NCBI GenBank assembly: GCA_032718475.1
Contig: JAUCBJ010000362.1
Location: 1 to 45,815, forward strand
Direction: 5' to 3'
Source: Nemertoderma westbladi
Lineage: Eukaryota; Animalia; Xenacoelomorpha
Length of the DNA stretch: 45,815 nt
This document shows, one piece after another, positions 23,520 through 37,430 of the stretch. The notes under the pieces are model-generated. The model saw only the letters and a program-made list of their open reading frames with translations. It searched no databases and was not told the DNA's origin. Each line of letters begins with the position of its first letter. Position 1 is the stretch's first letter. The position numbers and the translations under genes were made by a program.

Positions 23520-25073
23520 CCCTATTAAACCCGGGGGGGGGTCAATATGACCCCTCCCGTGGTTTTTTTATTATAATTCTGAAACAAACGCAGTTGGGAA
23601 TCTGAAATTTTATGACTTTTCCTAAAAATCTATTGTCTTCCTAGTAGTGAAAACCGTTTTCAAAAATATTGGGTACTTTTCGAGTTATAGCGCCATTTTT
23701 TAACCCTACTTTTGGCACTTTTTTTGAGACGTTTTTTGAAAATTACATTTCATTAAATATGAATTGTAACATCTCTATTTTTTATTTACACGGGTTTTTT
23801 GGTGTTAGAAATTTGATGGAATTCATATAAATTGATTTAGAAATTTTAAACTTGTTTTTTTCGGTGGGTGCCAAATTTTGGTGCGAGCACCAAATTTTGA
23901 AATAAGTCAATTTTGTAAATTGATCGTTTGAAACTTGTTTTTTACGCAATTGGGGTTTTTTGGGTTTCTGGATTCGAAGAAATATATACGAGTTGCACCA
24001 AGCGTATCAAACTTGTATTTTTCGGTGCTGTGTGCAAATTTTGGTGCTAGCACGAAATTTTGAAAATCCATTCAATAGATAAAATTGCTTGTGAGAATTT
24101 ATTTCTTGCGTTTTAGAGGTTTATGGCAGTTCTGAATTCAATGGAAAATATAATTATCGAACTAGACATCTCAAACTTGTATTTTTCGGATGTGGGTGCA
24201 AAATGAGGTGCTAGCACCAAATTTTGAAAACCATCAAATATATCAATTGATTGTGTCACCTTGCTTCTTGCGTTATACAGGTTTGTGACGGTTCCGAATT
24301 CAATGGAATTAGTAAAATTTTCATAAGAGTTGTCAAACTTGTATTTTTCGCCAGTGGGTGAAAATTGTTGTGCCAGCACCAAATTTTGGAAAATATGCAA
24401 ATTGATAAGTAGATAGTATCACCTTGTTTCTTGCGTTATACGGGTTTATGAGGGTCCTGAATCCGATGGAATCAATAAAAACTGCACTGGACATCGCAAA
24501 CTTGTACTTTTTGGTGATGGGTACGAAATTCGGTGCTAGCACCAAAATTTGCCAAATTACGCCGAAAAATACAAGTAGCAATGATCTAGCATATTAGAAA
24601 TGTATTCCATTATAATCAGGGCCCTCGAAAACCTGAAAATGTGAATTTATAGCATCGTATAAGTGAATTAAAAATTTTGTGTTCTAACTGAAAAGTGCTG
24701 GTTACTTGTTTTTTTCATTTTTTTTCCTACGCAGAGAGGACTAAACAGCCATTTATAGTAATCATATCATTTTTTAATATTTTCCAATGTATTTTACACC
24801 CCCAGAAAACCTGTATTGAAAAATAATTAGCCGAAAATGTAACTTTCAAATTTGGTGAAAATTGTGCACTACTTGTAATTCTGGTGCTGCAATATAACCA
24901 CCCCAGTACATTTTTTCGAAAATTTTTTTTTTCGGTCGGATCCAGACAAGTGATACCTACGTACAAACAAAAAATCAGACGTTTTCGTAAATATTTGTAG
25001 ATTTTCGAGGGGGGGGTCAATATGACCCCCTCCCGGTATTTGTACAACATTTTATAGCCCGGTACTAATAGGG
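23520..25073. mobile_element. piggyBac-like non-autonomous element (1,554 bp)
   Basis: TTAA TSDs at 23516-23519 and 25074-25077. Ends CCCTATTA...TAATAGGG; subterminal GGGGGTCAATATGACCCC hairpins; five internal ~162-bp repeats. Confidence 0.88.
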
Positions 25074-25385
25074 TTAAACTACATTACACATTCCAACCAA
25101 TAAAAATCCGTAGTAAAATATGTTTCCGGATATATTATCACCACTATGAACAGTTAGATAATACGGACTAATTCTTCTTCGGTACACTTGGCGAATATAC
25201 CTTCTTCCTCTTCCCGAAAAGTCTTACCTCGAGCGATTTGGTGTAACTCATCGTTTCTAAATAATTAAATCAATCGATGATATTAAAATGCATCATATTG
25301 TTTGGGTATTTGGGGACACTATTGTCACGGAAGCGTATAGCAACTGTTACATAACTCAGTTTTCAGTTCTCATATACGCAAGGTA

Positions 25386-26217
25386 CACGTTCGTGGGGCC
25401 ATCGCTCAGGACGAGGCTCAGATATCAGATACAGATTAAAATTGAGCGACTGTATCACAAAATCAGGTTTTGAGAAATTTACCCACACCACCAATCAATC
25501 AAAGAAAGGGGGACAGACAGTACGTGTTCACCCCTTTTAATCTGCACCCCCCCCCCCCACCCTTCCCACCCACCAGTAATTTATAACTACCGATGCCTTC
25601 AACGCAGTAGGCAGTACTCGTCTTCATTATTATAAACGTCTTGTTTTGTATTTAAACATATTTCCTAAACGCAGACTGACGGACGATCTTTATAACTACC
25701 GATGCCTTCAATAGGCGAAGCCAGGTATGGTTTATAGGAATATAGTCTACGCAGTACTGGTCTTCATTATATGCCTCGTTGCGCTCGTCGCTCGTCCTGT
25801 TTTGCATTAAAATAATTTTCCTAAACCAAGACTGACGATCTTTATACAGTTATAATAATTATGCGAAGTTTCGAAACTGTGCGAGTAACTGCTGATACAT
25901 CTATGTGGAGATGTGTGATACAACGCCAACGCATCGTATGCCGATGTAGTAATATGGGTATTGAAATAATATTAAATCAATGTACATTCTTAAAGCTGCA
26001 GCGAAAATATGTAGTTAATTTCCTAGGTTACATATAAAATAATAATATTATTTTTAAGAACATTAAAAAATAACCAGAAAAATATGTTGCGGAATAAACT
26101 ATTTCCGATATAAGCCTACAACAGCCATGAGTATTTATGTCATTATATCTTCTGTCACCTGAGATAGTAAGTAATACAACATTTATAGTATACAGTAGAA
26201 TCAATAGGAATTGAAAT
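25386..26217 (+). repeat. Copy 2 of the CACGTTCGTGGGGCC-led repeat
   Basis: Aligns to 12171-12930 with a few indels. Confidence 0.8.
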
Positions 26218-26352
26218 GCAGGCCATTTATTCTATTTAATAAATACACAAAATTCTAGAACGTGTTATTTATTTTATGAGTGCTGCCTAGCTATAAATAT
26301 TATTGTTCTAGATAATATTGTGAATAATTTAAATATAATTGTAAGCGATAAT

Positions 26353-27447
26353 AAACAGTATTGTAATAGTTCAATAAATGAATAACAGTGGTCGACATGG
26401 TTATCATTTTTAAAACATTGCATTTTTATTTATTATTTGAGTTTTGAACCTTGATAGTAGTCAAGTGGCCCAAAGACCCATTGCACACTTAACTCAACTG
26501 TGATTTATTTGGCGAGTCAAGCATCAAGTAATGAACGAAGATCTAGCATATACTGTAGTTATAATTAGTCAGGTTTATCTATCTCAACTATTAGACTATT
26601 ATCAGCCCTATCAGCACTCTTTGCTTCCTAAATATCGCATATCAAATGTAAATGTTTTAGATAAACAAAAATATAGTAATGGTAATGGTCGGTAGAGGGA
26701 TATAAAGGATATATATTTTATATTATGAATTATTAATGTTACTTGTACTATTAATATCACAGGGGATATCACACTAGAGGCACACTGGAAATTAAATTTT
26801 TATCAAGTTTACATTATAAATTACAATTAAACTTAAAAAGTGAAAGGAGCAGCTTAACGAGGTGGGTCTAATCAAAACTACAAATATATGCTTACTACAA
26901 CAAATTATAAATTAAGGGAAATGAGCAGGTTTCAGAAGTATGGCCTTTATAACCAAATCAATAAATGATAACAGTACAAGCACTGAAACAAGATACACAG
27001 TAAAATGTGGGTGCCTTTAGTTGATCTTGTGACCGCCACTTTTATTACATACAGTCAGTATATTAGTTACAAAATATTACCATAGATGGGATGGGGTCCA
27101 TCTTTCCTACAACAACTACCCTATACCGCTCATGCAGTTAGGCTCTATAAAGAGGCAGTTTCGTAATGAACATTATTATTAGTGTATATTACAGTTATAT
27201 ATATTAAAGTGACTGATTTTTAGTTTTAGATAACCTTTTTTATTTGGCAAGTGATTCGTTTGATTTTTGTTGGGCAAGTGACTCATTGGGTGAGTGACTG
27301 CACTGCATAATACTCAAACTGTAACTGAAATGTATAACTTTGAATACTGAAACTGTAACTGTAACTGAATGAAATTAGTCAAAATTTATTCAGTTCTCAA
27401 CACTACTTATTACTTTGCGAAGTAATGGTCCAGATGTAATTATGCAT
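26353..27447 (+). repeat. 5'-truncated duplicate of 14797-15890 (hAT-like element plus ~41 bp of flank)
   Basis: Near-identical by eye, with only a handful of differences in about 1.1 kb. Identity continues beyond the TIR. Confidence 0.92.
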
Positions 27448-27897
27448 TGGTGGATGCACTCACAATAACTGGGTGTACCATGTCCAGATCTGGGGACAGA
27501 CATATATTTATCCCTCCTATCCTGTAAACGTTTGGGGATCGTATACCCTGACTTCTCTTCTCCTATCCCATTATCGATAATAAACACGATTCAACCAATT
27601 CATTCACAGGATAATTCATTAAATCATGAAAAATTATCGATTTCAAACCAGAACACAGAATTTATTAAACTTAAACTTTTGGAGGAGTTTAATGATGTAT
27701 TTGCCCAAAACGGAAACGAACAACTACGCACCATGATGCTGCGCGACCCATACCCTTCGCTCACAAAGAAATCCACAGCATGGAAGCGAAAGGCATGATT
27801 GAGCATGTGGAGGGCAGGCCTACAGAATGGTGCCACCCAATCGTAGTTTAACCTAAACTGAATCGACCTGATGAGGTGCGGATGACTGTTGATCATA
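27448..27897 (+). mobile_element. Degenerate Gypsy element 2, protease-RT junction
   Basis: IYLSLLSCKRLGIVYPDF, KLLEEFNDVF, MIEHVEGRPTEWCHPIVV..K....EVRMTVD; parallels 17460-17965. Confidence 0.8.
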
Positions 27898-27899
27898 TC

Positions 27900-30484
27900 G
27901 CAGCAAATTGACTACCTTACTTAGTAACTTACATAGTACCCTCGTACAATAACGAGGGGTTAATAATTTTAGACATTGAACGTCTGCCTTCAGACAATTT
28001 TGCGTACATAAGTGACGCACACTCCAGCACATCTTGGCTGGATCATATTGTGTGTCCTACATCTACTGGTAGCATTATTAATTCAGTTTCTGTGGACTAT
28101 TTACTGTCTATTAGAGACCACAAGCCTCTAGTTGTAGATTTTTCAGTTTATATTTTCCCCTCGTTAGTAATTAAAGCTAATAGCACTTGCAATGCATCTC
28201 CCAGGTGCCCTAAGTTGGATTGGTGTAACACATCTCCCGAGTCACTTAATAATTATGTTTTTCAAGTTAAAAGCCAACTTGATACCTATTTTGTTGATAA
28301 TGAATTTTTAGACTACAGATCCCCATGCAGTAATAGTTCTCATAGAATCGATTTTGATAATATTTTTAACTTTATAGTTAATACTTTAAACACTTGTGCT
28401 AATGAAACTATTAAATGTAAAACGTCTGTGTCATCTTCTAAACGCCACATCCCTGGGTGGAATGACTTTGTACGGGAGAAACATGACGACGCCAGAAATA
28501 AGTTTTTATTCTGGAGATAAGCCAGGTCTCCCAGGCAAGGTTATATTCGCTATAATTATTTGCGGTCGAAAGCAAATTTTAAACGAGCACTCAGGGGATG
28601 TAAGCATGAAGAACAGAACATACGAGATACTAAATTAGCTAAGTCTTTATTGGGCAGTACCGGTACGTCAAATAAAGGTAACCCAATAAAGAACCAATTT
28701 TGGGCTGATGTACACAAATGTTGCTCAGAAACAACTGTACTACCGAATAAAGCAGGTGACGCAGTTGGTCCAGAACAGATTTGTGGAAAGATCATTTTTG
28801 TGATCTATTTAACTCAATATCTGATGATTGTAATAAGGAATTTGTAACTAATAAGTTATTGGGCACTACTTTTAGTAAAACAAATAATGTATCAGTTAAT
28901 GAAATATTTGAAGCTACTGTAGTAATAGTTTGTGTAGTGGTAAGTCAATAGGTCTTGAAGTCTTGAAGCTGAGCATTTTATTCATGGGTGCTGTGTATCA
29001 CTGTTGAATATTTTAATTATATTTTTTAACTTAATTTTCAGTCATGGTTATATGCCCCAGCTTATGATGGAATCCGTTACTATTCCTTTAATAAAGGATA
29101 AAACCGGGGACCATACAAGCAACGATAATTATAGTGGTATTTCGATAGCTACTGTACTTAGTAAATTAATGGAAAATATTATTTTGGCACAGTGCTTGTC
29201 TTTGATGTATACGACTGATAATCAGTTTGGTTTTAAGACAAAATTAGGTACGGAATTATGTATCTTTACACTTAAGGAGATACTTAATTACTATATTACT
29301 AACAAAACGCCCCGCCCATTTACGTATGTATGTTGGATGTAAAGCATTTGCTAAATAAATCATTTCAAGTTATTTAGTAAACTGATATCGCGGGGTCTCC
29401 CATTATATGTAGTCCGCATTATTTTATATTGGTATCGAGCTCAGTCGATGCATGTAACCTGGGGTGGATTTACATCTGTTAAGTTTACTGTTACCAATAA
29501 ACTAAGCAAGGCGGTATTTTGTCGCATTTGCTCTATAACATTTATATCATTGATTTAAGTAAGCAAATGTCCAGTGCTGATGTAGGTTGTGTTATTGGTG
29601 GAACCAGGATCAGTCAGATCAGGATCTAATTACTTATGTTTAATTTCAAACTCTTATTTTTGGTTTCCAGCATTTAATAGAAATATGTGTTACATACGCA
29701 AAAGGTAATTCTATCACTTTTAATAAAAAGAAAAGTAAGTGCTTATCATTTTATCCTAAGTGGTCGACAATTATTTGTCGCCCTAGTGCATATCTTAATG
29801 GCTCTCCTATTGAAGTCGCGAGAAGTTTAATTATCTAGGTCATATTGTACACAGTACTTTAGATGACGACTACGTTATCAGGAATCAAACTTGTGTATGC
29901 TGTATTCTAGGGGGAATTTCTTGATTCGCAAATTTGGGTCATGCCCTGTCCCCGTTAAAGTTACTTTATTTCGTGCATATTGTACACCGTTATATTGTAA
30001 TGCTCTTTGGGCCAGACAAAACTATTCTGAGTCTGTTCACAACAAACTCAAAGTAGCTTATAATAATTGTGCTAGACGGTTTTTCAATATACCCAGAGTT
30101 GTTGATGATGAAACTACTAGCATTCGATTAGCTTTAGTGTCCTTAAATGCTGCTATTTTTATTCATATTCGTTATAGGGCGGTCGTTGTCCTTTTTTTGC
30201 CGCATTACCAAACTAGATAACTATGTCCTTCGTTCGATTTGCACCATTGCCAAGGGTTCTAGAATTTGTGCAATGCGTAATACCAAATTTCTATGTAGTT
30301 AATTTCTTTAATTTGTCTAATCATTTTGTTAATTTGTATAATTGTTTTTTTGATACTCCCACTCCACATTCTGCATATGTTGTTCCAGTGTCTAATTTAT
30401 CCATATGTTTTTTATGGTCTAATGGTCTGGGGTAGTACAGACAATTACATTACTCGTCCTCTAAAAACTAAATAAAATAAAATA
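27900..30484 (+). mobile_element. RTEX-like non-LTR retrotransposon, 5'-truncated and degenerate
   Basis: Endonuclease end (SWLDHIVC, DHKPL), IPGWNDFVREKHDDARNKFLFWR, RT (IPLIKDKTGD..NY..ISI..VLSKLME, NQFGFK), LYSRGNFLIRKF..C...VKVTLFRAYC, and an (AAAAT)n tail. Clade assigned from recalled motifs. Confidence 0.8.
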
Positions 30485-30489
30485 GAGAC

Positions 30490-31162
30490 GCTGTATTACC
30501 TTGAGTCATTTCCAGGCCTCTTATTTTCCTATATACAAACAGCTGCATATACTACCTATAGAGCTACTCTATAAACTCCATGTTCTGTCTCTAATGTACT
30601 CCATTCACCGCAATGACTCTCACCCATTATCTCACCTATTTACCAAAGCTTCTTCTGTACATTCTTATAGCACTTGTCTGGCCTCTTCTGGTCTATTTCA
30701 CTTACCTCCTACGCGTCTCAATGTTCGCCATCCATCAATATCGAAGCAAGGCCCTCTTCTTCTCTGGAATGCTTTATCTGAATCTATCCGTAACAAATGA
30801 CAGGTAAAACGGCAGTATTAGCAGTTAAATACAATTTACTCCCATGTCCGAATTATTAATGTACCCAAAATTCTAACCCCAGGTTGCACCTCACTATTAT
30901 TTTGTTTATCTTTCCCCCAGATAATATTGGGCCGTCATTTTTTTCTCATTTTTTTTTCATTATTTCTCCCGAAACCTACACTTTTCAATTATTAATTTTT
31001 TTTGCGATCACAAACTAATTCAAGCAAAATTCATTCAAACTAATTCAAGTGCGCTATATTTTCGACCACCCCCTACCACCCAGCAGAGTCAACTCTGCTT
31101 ATAATGTAATATTATTATTAACTATACTATTGTGGAATAAATATAATTAAAAATCAAAAATC
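30490..31162 (+). mobile_element. L2/CR1-group LINE 3' fragment
   Basis: PIYKQLHILPI..LYK...VHSYST...GP.LWNAL.ESIRN, a typical ORF2 C-terminus. The 3' UTR ends gaataaa..(aaaatca)2. Confidence 0.7.
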
Positions 31163-33050
31163 AGATACCACAACGTGGTATCAGATCGCACAATAGATTC
31201 CAGAATTTTCACCACACTCAATGCTGAGTGATGGAAGTCATGATATTGGCAAGTGCAGGACTGTATTCCTAACTCCATGGGGGTGGTAGTTCCATTACTG
31301 TGGCTCCCCAATGGGTTTTATTTCCTCCGGTAACACTTTCCACTATCATGGGGATGGCTCTACAGGGAATACCCCAGGTCCACAAAATCGTGGATGACAT
31401 TCTGTTATGCAGTCAACAAATGCCGTATACGTTCATGACCACCAACCTTTGTTGACAATATTCAAAAACTACACTGTAAGCCAGGTCGAAAATGCCAAAG
31501 TTAAATGTATTGAGGCCATCCTGCAATCCTGTTACCAGTTCAGATTAGAATGTCAGAAGGGGAAGGCACACCAGGTGGCCGATTGCCTTAGCCACTCGCC
31601 AGTCGAAGATCCAGAAGATGAACAGGACCACTCACCACACAGGTTGTAGCAACAATCTGTACGATGCTCAGTGAGGATATGGATAACTCGAGTGCAAACA
31701 ATGACCCTATCCTACGTGATCTATGCATAATAGCGAACAGCGACCTGGAGTATTCTGAACTTAAATTGAAATAATGAATGATTTCAAAGACATACAACAC
31801 GTTTCTACATACATTCAGAAATTCAAAGCAATATCATCCAAACTTTCTAGCGCAGACGATCTCGTCCTGTATGGCGGATGAATGGTTGTTCCTCACGCAT
31901 TTCAAGGCGAAACACTCACACACGCCTTCAATCATCCCACCAATGGATAATCCACACATAACAATGGGCCAGACAAACTATTTATTGGCCCAGGATTAAC
32001 GGTGACATCGATCACTTGGTGAACCAATGCGGATCCTGTCAGGAACTTAGGGCAAGTCTCCTGAGAGAAACCCTAATCACTGATGAAACTCCTGAATGCC
32101 TCTTTCAATTCGTAAGTGCGGACTATTCGCCATAAATGGCAAACATTATATTGCATATTTTGACTGTCACTCCGGTTACCCGATGGTCCAGTAATGGAGG
32201 AGCGACCCAACATCGATTGATATTGCAAACATAATCCGCAAGTGGTTTGTGGATCTCGGCGTGTCGAACAAATTCCACTCCAATGGTGGGCCCAAATTCG
32301 CTGCTGTTTCCTTCAAGGCACCTAAAGCACTGGATTTTGAATTTGGCTCCAAGCAGTCCACACTTTCCAATTGACATGCGGAGGAGGCACCTGTTAAGCA
32401 GGTGAAATACTTCCCATCAAAAGTACCCTGGAATGATTCATTCTTGGAGTAGTTTCTCAACGACCTCTTGGAACTCTGGAACACCCTTCTTGAAATGGTC
32501 GTTCGCCCAATGAGACTGTATTTGGGCATATTCTACATTACTGCCTACAAAGTTATGACCCAATATAATAACTATCGCTACAATCATGAACAAAAATTTA
32601 TTGATGAAAACTATTTAAACCAGCTATTTGGACCAGCCTTTGCTACTTCATCCTGGAAACTATACAAGCAACGGAACTGCCACGTACTAACGTTATGCAC
32701 AGCTCACAGATTCGACAATAATATATGTAAGTCCGATCAGCGTTTCCACTGCCTTTTCACTGCCGCGACTGTATCAGCCGCTATTGTAACTCTAACTGTT
32801 CCGACCACTATCATGCTGTGGGATGCGCATCGCCCCGACTCTAGTGGAACTGGCAGCCAAATAACCAGTAACCACCCCCACCCCTGTGACTACTTCATAA
32901 AATTACCATATGGCAGAACATGGTGGCGTTATCGCAGGTTTATGCAGTTACACCACTCCCCCCCCCATATGACGTCACCTTATCAGCCAATACAATACAC
33001 CATTGAAACTGCTAGAATCTAAAACCAAACAGAGTATTACCAAAGAGGCG
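31163..33050 (+). mobile_element. Degenerate Gypsy element 2, RT/RNase H/integrase remainder
   Basis: FLTPWG, PMGFISSG, KIVDDIL, DHQPLLTIFKNY, GKAHQVADCLS, YWPG, CGSC, NGGPKF, LELWNTL and KLPYGRTWWR. Many stops and deletions; no LTR seen. Confidence 0.85.
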
Positions 33051-33055
33051 GGCGA

Positions 33056-33940
33056 GGATGATAACTCCACCTACTGGCTCCAGAAGTTGAGGAAATCCTG
33101 CCAAGTACCTAACTGATCTAGACTTTGCTGATGACTTAGGAGTACTCTCAGAATCACTAGAGGGAGCCCAACAGCTCCTCAGCTCATTAGAACATGCTGC
33201 TTCTAGTGTTGGTCTTTTTATTAACTCCAGAAAGACCAAAATTTTGACAGTTAACTTTGAAAGTCCTCAGCAAGTCTCTGATCGGATGAGCATAAGCTCA
33301 AAAGATGGTATGCTTGAGCATGTGGATGACTTCTGTTACCTGGGATCATGGATCCGGAAGTCAGGTGAGGACCTTCGAATACGTAAGGGAGAGGCATGGG
33401 CAGCCTTGAATAGGCTTTCCAGGATTTGGAAGTCACCGACAATTAATCGGAAACTTAAGGTCCGGTTATTTAGAGCAGAAGTAGTTCCAGTACTCCTCTA
33501 TGGGAGTCCATGCTGGGCTCTAACTGCTGAGGACACCAAATCTCTGGATGGCACATTCACAAGAATGCTACGCCGGGTTCATTGTGTCAAGTTCAATGCA
33601 CACATCTCCAACGAGACACTATATAACATTGGAGGTGTCTCATTGGTTCCCCCAAGCTTGACACTAGAACAAAATCGCCTCCGCTTTGCAGGACATTGCT
33701 TTCGCCGTGAGGACCAGCCAGTGCATAATCTTGTACTTTGGCAGCCTCATGGAGTGAATAAGCATGGTGGACAGCCCATGACTTTCTTGAGACGCATCTT
33801 AAATGACACTAGCCTTGAAGATGCGGATGATCTAGCAAATGTCATGGGTGATAGGGAGTTGTGGCGGTGCAATTTTGTCGATAAGCCGGCACAGCATTCT
33901 TAAAAATGCAGCTGCAATGCAGCATGCCGATCCTAGTAGG
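33056..33940 (+). mobile_element. RTE LINE, 5'-truncated (copy 2)
   Basis: DLDFADDL, FCYLGSWI, RLRFAGHCFRREDQP, DRELWR; highly similar to 553-1193 and 1915-2010. Confidence 0.92.
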
Positions 33941-34132
33941 GCGACGACGGCTTTACCACAATAACAACACATAGAAGTCAATGAACCTGTACACCGATTG
34001 TACGTTTTGGTGAAACAATAATGTATTATATTTGAAACTTTATAAACAGTGGTGATGGTGATATAAAATTAAAAATATTCAAATTTAAACATATCTTAAA
34101 GTAAACTTTATAACATATATTTAATACTTTAA

Positions 34133-35307
34133 CCCTATTAACCCAGGGGGGGGGGGGGGGGGGGTTAATATGAACCCCCCCTGGGTTTTTTTATTATAAT
34201 TCTGAAACAAACGCAGTTGGGAATCTGCAATTTTATGAATTTTCTTAAAAATCTATTGTCTTCCTAATAGTGAAAACCGTTTTCAAAAATATTGTGTAGT
34301 TTTCTAGTTATAGCACCATTTTTTAACCCTACTTTTGGCACTTTTTTTTGAGACGTTAAATTAAAATTAAAATTACATTTCATTAAATATGAATTGTAAC
34401 ATCTCTATTTTTGATTTACACCGGTTTTTTGGTGTTAGCAATTGGATAGAATTCATATAAATCGATTTAGAAATTTCAAACTTGTTTTTTTCGGTGGGTG
34501 CCAAATTTTGGTGCCAGCACCAAATTTTGAAATATGTCAATTTTGTAAATTGATTGTTTGAACTTGGTTTTTACGCAATACGGGTTTTTTGGTATTCTGG
34601 TTTCGATGGAAAATATACGAGTTGCACCAGGAGTATTAAACTTGTATTTTTCGGTGCTGTGTGCAAATTTTGGTGCTAGCACGAAATTTTGAAAATCCAT
34701 TCAATAGTTAAAATTGCTTGTGATAATTTATTTCTTGCGTTTTAGAGGTTTATGGATGTTCTGAATTCAATGGAATATATAATTATCGAACTAGACATCT
34801 CAAACTTGTATTTTTCGGAAGTGGGTGCAAAATGTGGTGCTAGCACCAAATTTTGAAAACCATCAAATATATCAATTGATTGTGTCACCTTGTTTCTTGC
34901 GTTATACGGGTTTGTGAGGGTTCTGAATTCAATGGAATCCGTAAAAATTTCATAAGAGTTTTCAAACTTGTATTTTTCGCCGGTGGGTGAAAATTGTTGT
35001 GCCAGCACCAAATTTTGGAAAATAAGCAAATTGATCAGTAGATAGTATCATCTTGTTTCTTGCATTATACGGGTTTATGAGGGTCCTGAATCCGATGGAA
35101 TCAATAAAAACAGCACTGGACATCGCAAACTTGTACTTTTTGGTGATTGGTACAAAATTTGCCAAATTACGCCGAAAAATACAAGTAGCAATGATCTGGC
35201 ATATTAGACAAACAAAAACAAGCAAAAAAAGTACAAACAAAAAAATCAGACATTTTCGTAAAGTTTGTAGATTTCAGAGGGGGGGGGGGGGGGGGGGGGG
35301 TGGGGGC
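34133..35307. mobile_element. Second copy of the piggyBac-like element, internally deleted and lacking the right TIR
   Basis: TTAA|CCCTATTA start; aligns to 23520-24600 and then to 24960-25017; ends in poly-G. Confidence 0.85.
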
Positions 35308-35557
35308 TTGTGTTACAAGTTTATTTTACATTAAGCTGAGAGCTTTAATTGTTTAATATATTATATTTGACTATATATTCTAGTTATCGTAGTAATATTC
35401 TAGTTATATATACTATGTTATCAATATATTCTCGGATGCGAAATATAACGGCAACACCAACATATTAAAACGCAGAGCTTAAACACACCTTGAGCCCTAA
35501 AAAACATGGAATAACAAATTCATATGCACAAAGTTGCACTCAGTAAAACAAATAAAA

Positions 35558-37377
35558 TATGCATTTAACAGTATGCGTCGTGATGTTTTCCTGAAGGCAG
35601 CTCGTGATCGTTTGCCAAGTATTTACCCCCTTGTGTGGCAGCCTTATTCCACACCTACAGTCCTTATCTTCGGAGATCACATCATCGAAATGGCCACTGG
35701 TATGCAACAGGGTGATCCCAGTGGCCCTCTTCTCTTCGCGGTGGGAGAGGAGCCTGTCACCAAACTAGTTGGTTCAGAGCTGAATATCTGGTTTCTTGAC
35801 GATGGTACGGTAGGTGGTACCCGTGTCGTGGCAATAATTCCAGAGCTAGCGAAGATTGGCCTAATTGTTAACGATGCAAAGTGTGAATTGATACTACTCA
35901 ACCATACACCAGAAGCCGCTACTGAGACAATCCACAAGTTCAGTCAGCTCCTCCCTAATATTAGGGTCCTAGGCAAGGTGGACCAGGTCCTTCTAGGAGC
36001 TCCCCTCACACGGGATGCTATTGAACCAGCTATCCAATCGAAGCTAAAGTCTCTCGAGGTGATGGTTGATCGGCTGGTACATGTTGATGCACATAAAGGC
36101 TTCACCTTACTCAAGAACTGTCTGGCAGTCCTCCGGCTACAGTACACTCTGCGCATATCACCCACATTCAACAACACTGGAGACTTGCAGGAATTTGATA
36201 CAGTTGTCCAAGATGCCCTTTCTAGTATCAACAATGTTAACTTTCAGGCGAAATCCAGTACTCAGGGATCACTACCAGTCAGTCTCGGGGGACTTGGGAT
36301 CCATAAGTTGGAAGATCTGGCACTGCCTAGTTATATTTCTTCTCTTCATTCCACCGATATCCACATTAACTCCGTCCTCTCAAACTCATTTGGACTGGAG
36401 CCATCATGTGATTTGACAGGAGCCGTCAAGGCATTGAGGGAGAAGTGGGGCAGCCAGCAATAACCAGAAAGCCTGGGACACTATCTCTGCGACTATAACA
36501 CAGAGAGACCTGTTTGCCAAAGCGGATCAGGTCGAAACAGCATGTCTGGCTGCAGCAGCGCAAGTGGAGAGTGGGCTTTGGATTCATGCAACCCCTATTC
36601 CATCTTTAGGGTCGAATCTGGATCCGGAAGCTTTTCGAATTGGTATAGCACAGAGAGTTGGTGCACCTATCTGCCATAAACACACCTGCAGGTCGGCAAG
36701 GTAGTGGATATTCTTGGGCACTGTCCTGCCGAAACATCATGGGTAGGTTCCCACGTCATGCAGCTCTCAACGATGTGGTGAAACATTCACTGAGCAGAGC
36801 TGGTCTACAATCTGTCCTGGAACCTTGGATAGGGGAGATGGGAAACATCCTGATGGTATGACCATCTACCCCTTCTCGAAAGGCCGGTGCTTGGTATGGG
36901 ATGCTACATGTGTGGATACCTTTGCCCCATCCCACATTATTCGCTCTGCCATTGAGATATCCTCAGCATCAGCAGCAGCGGAGGAGCTAAAGCGAGTGAA
37001 ATACTGCAATTTGGGTCAGCAGTACCAATTCGAACCCCTCGCCTTCGAGACCACAGGAGTATTCTGTCCATCCACCATCAGCGTGTTAAAAGATCTTGGC
37101 CGAAGACTCATAGTGGAGTCAGGAGACCCACGTGAGAGCTTGTGGCTGAAGCAGCGCATCGGGATAGCCATAGTGAGGGGGAACGCCCTTTGTGTTTGGG
37201 GTTCAATCAGTGCTGTGGAATAGTTATTTTCACTAGTTCTATTAAATTTAGGATGGTAGCTGTGATTGGTTATTTTTGTATTTGGTTATATTACTTAATA
37301 TTTGGAATAAATTTCACTCTGAGTGGCATTTGGCAAGGTTGTGATTATAAATCCATATAAATCAAGTTAGTGTATTT
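35558..37377 (+). mobile_element. CRE-type non-LTR retrotransposon (RT plus restriction-like endonuclease), 5'-truncated
   Basis: [82 protein letters not shown]. Contains a stop and frameshifts; flanked by a 30-bp direct repeat. Confidence 0.88.
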
Positions 37378-37430
37378 ACAAAGTTCCACTCAGTAAAACA
37401 AATAAAAAATATTGTTTTAGAGTTAAAAGG

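Noticed and set aside
24113-24581. Minus-strand ORFs with repeated NLVLAP motifs (also 34476-35240)
   Set aside because: They are translations of the ~162-bp DNA repeats; the frames are not conserved between units and there are no transposase motifs.
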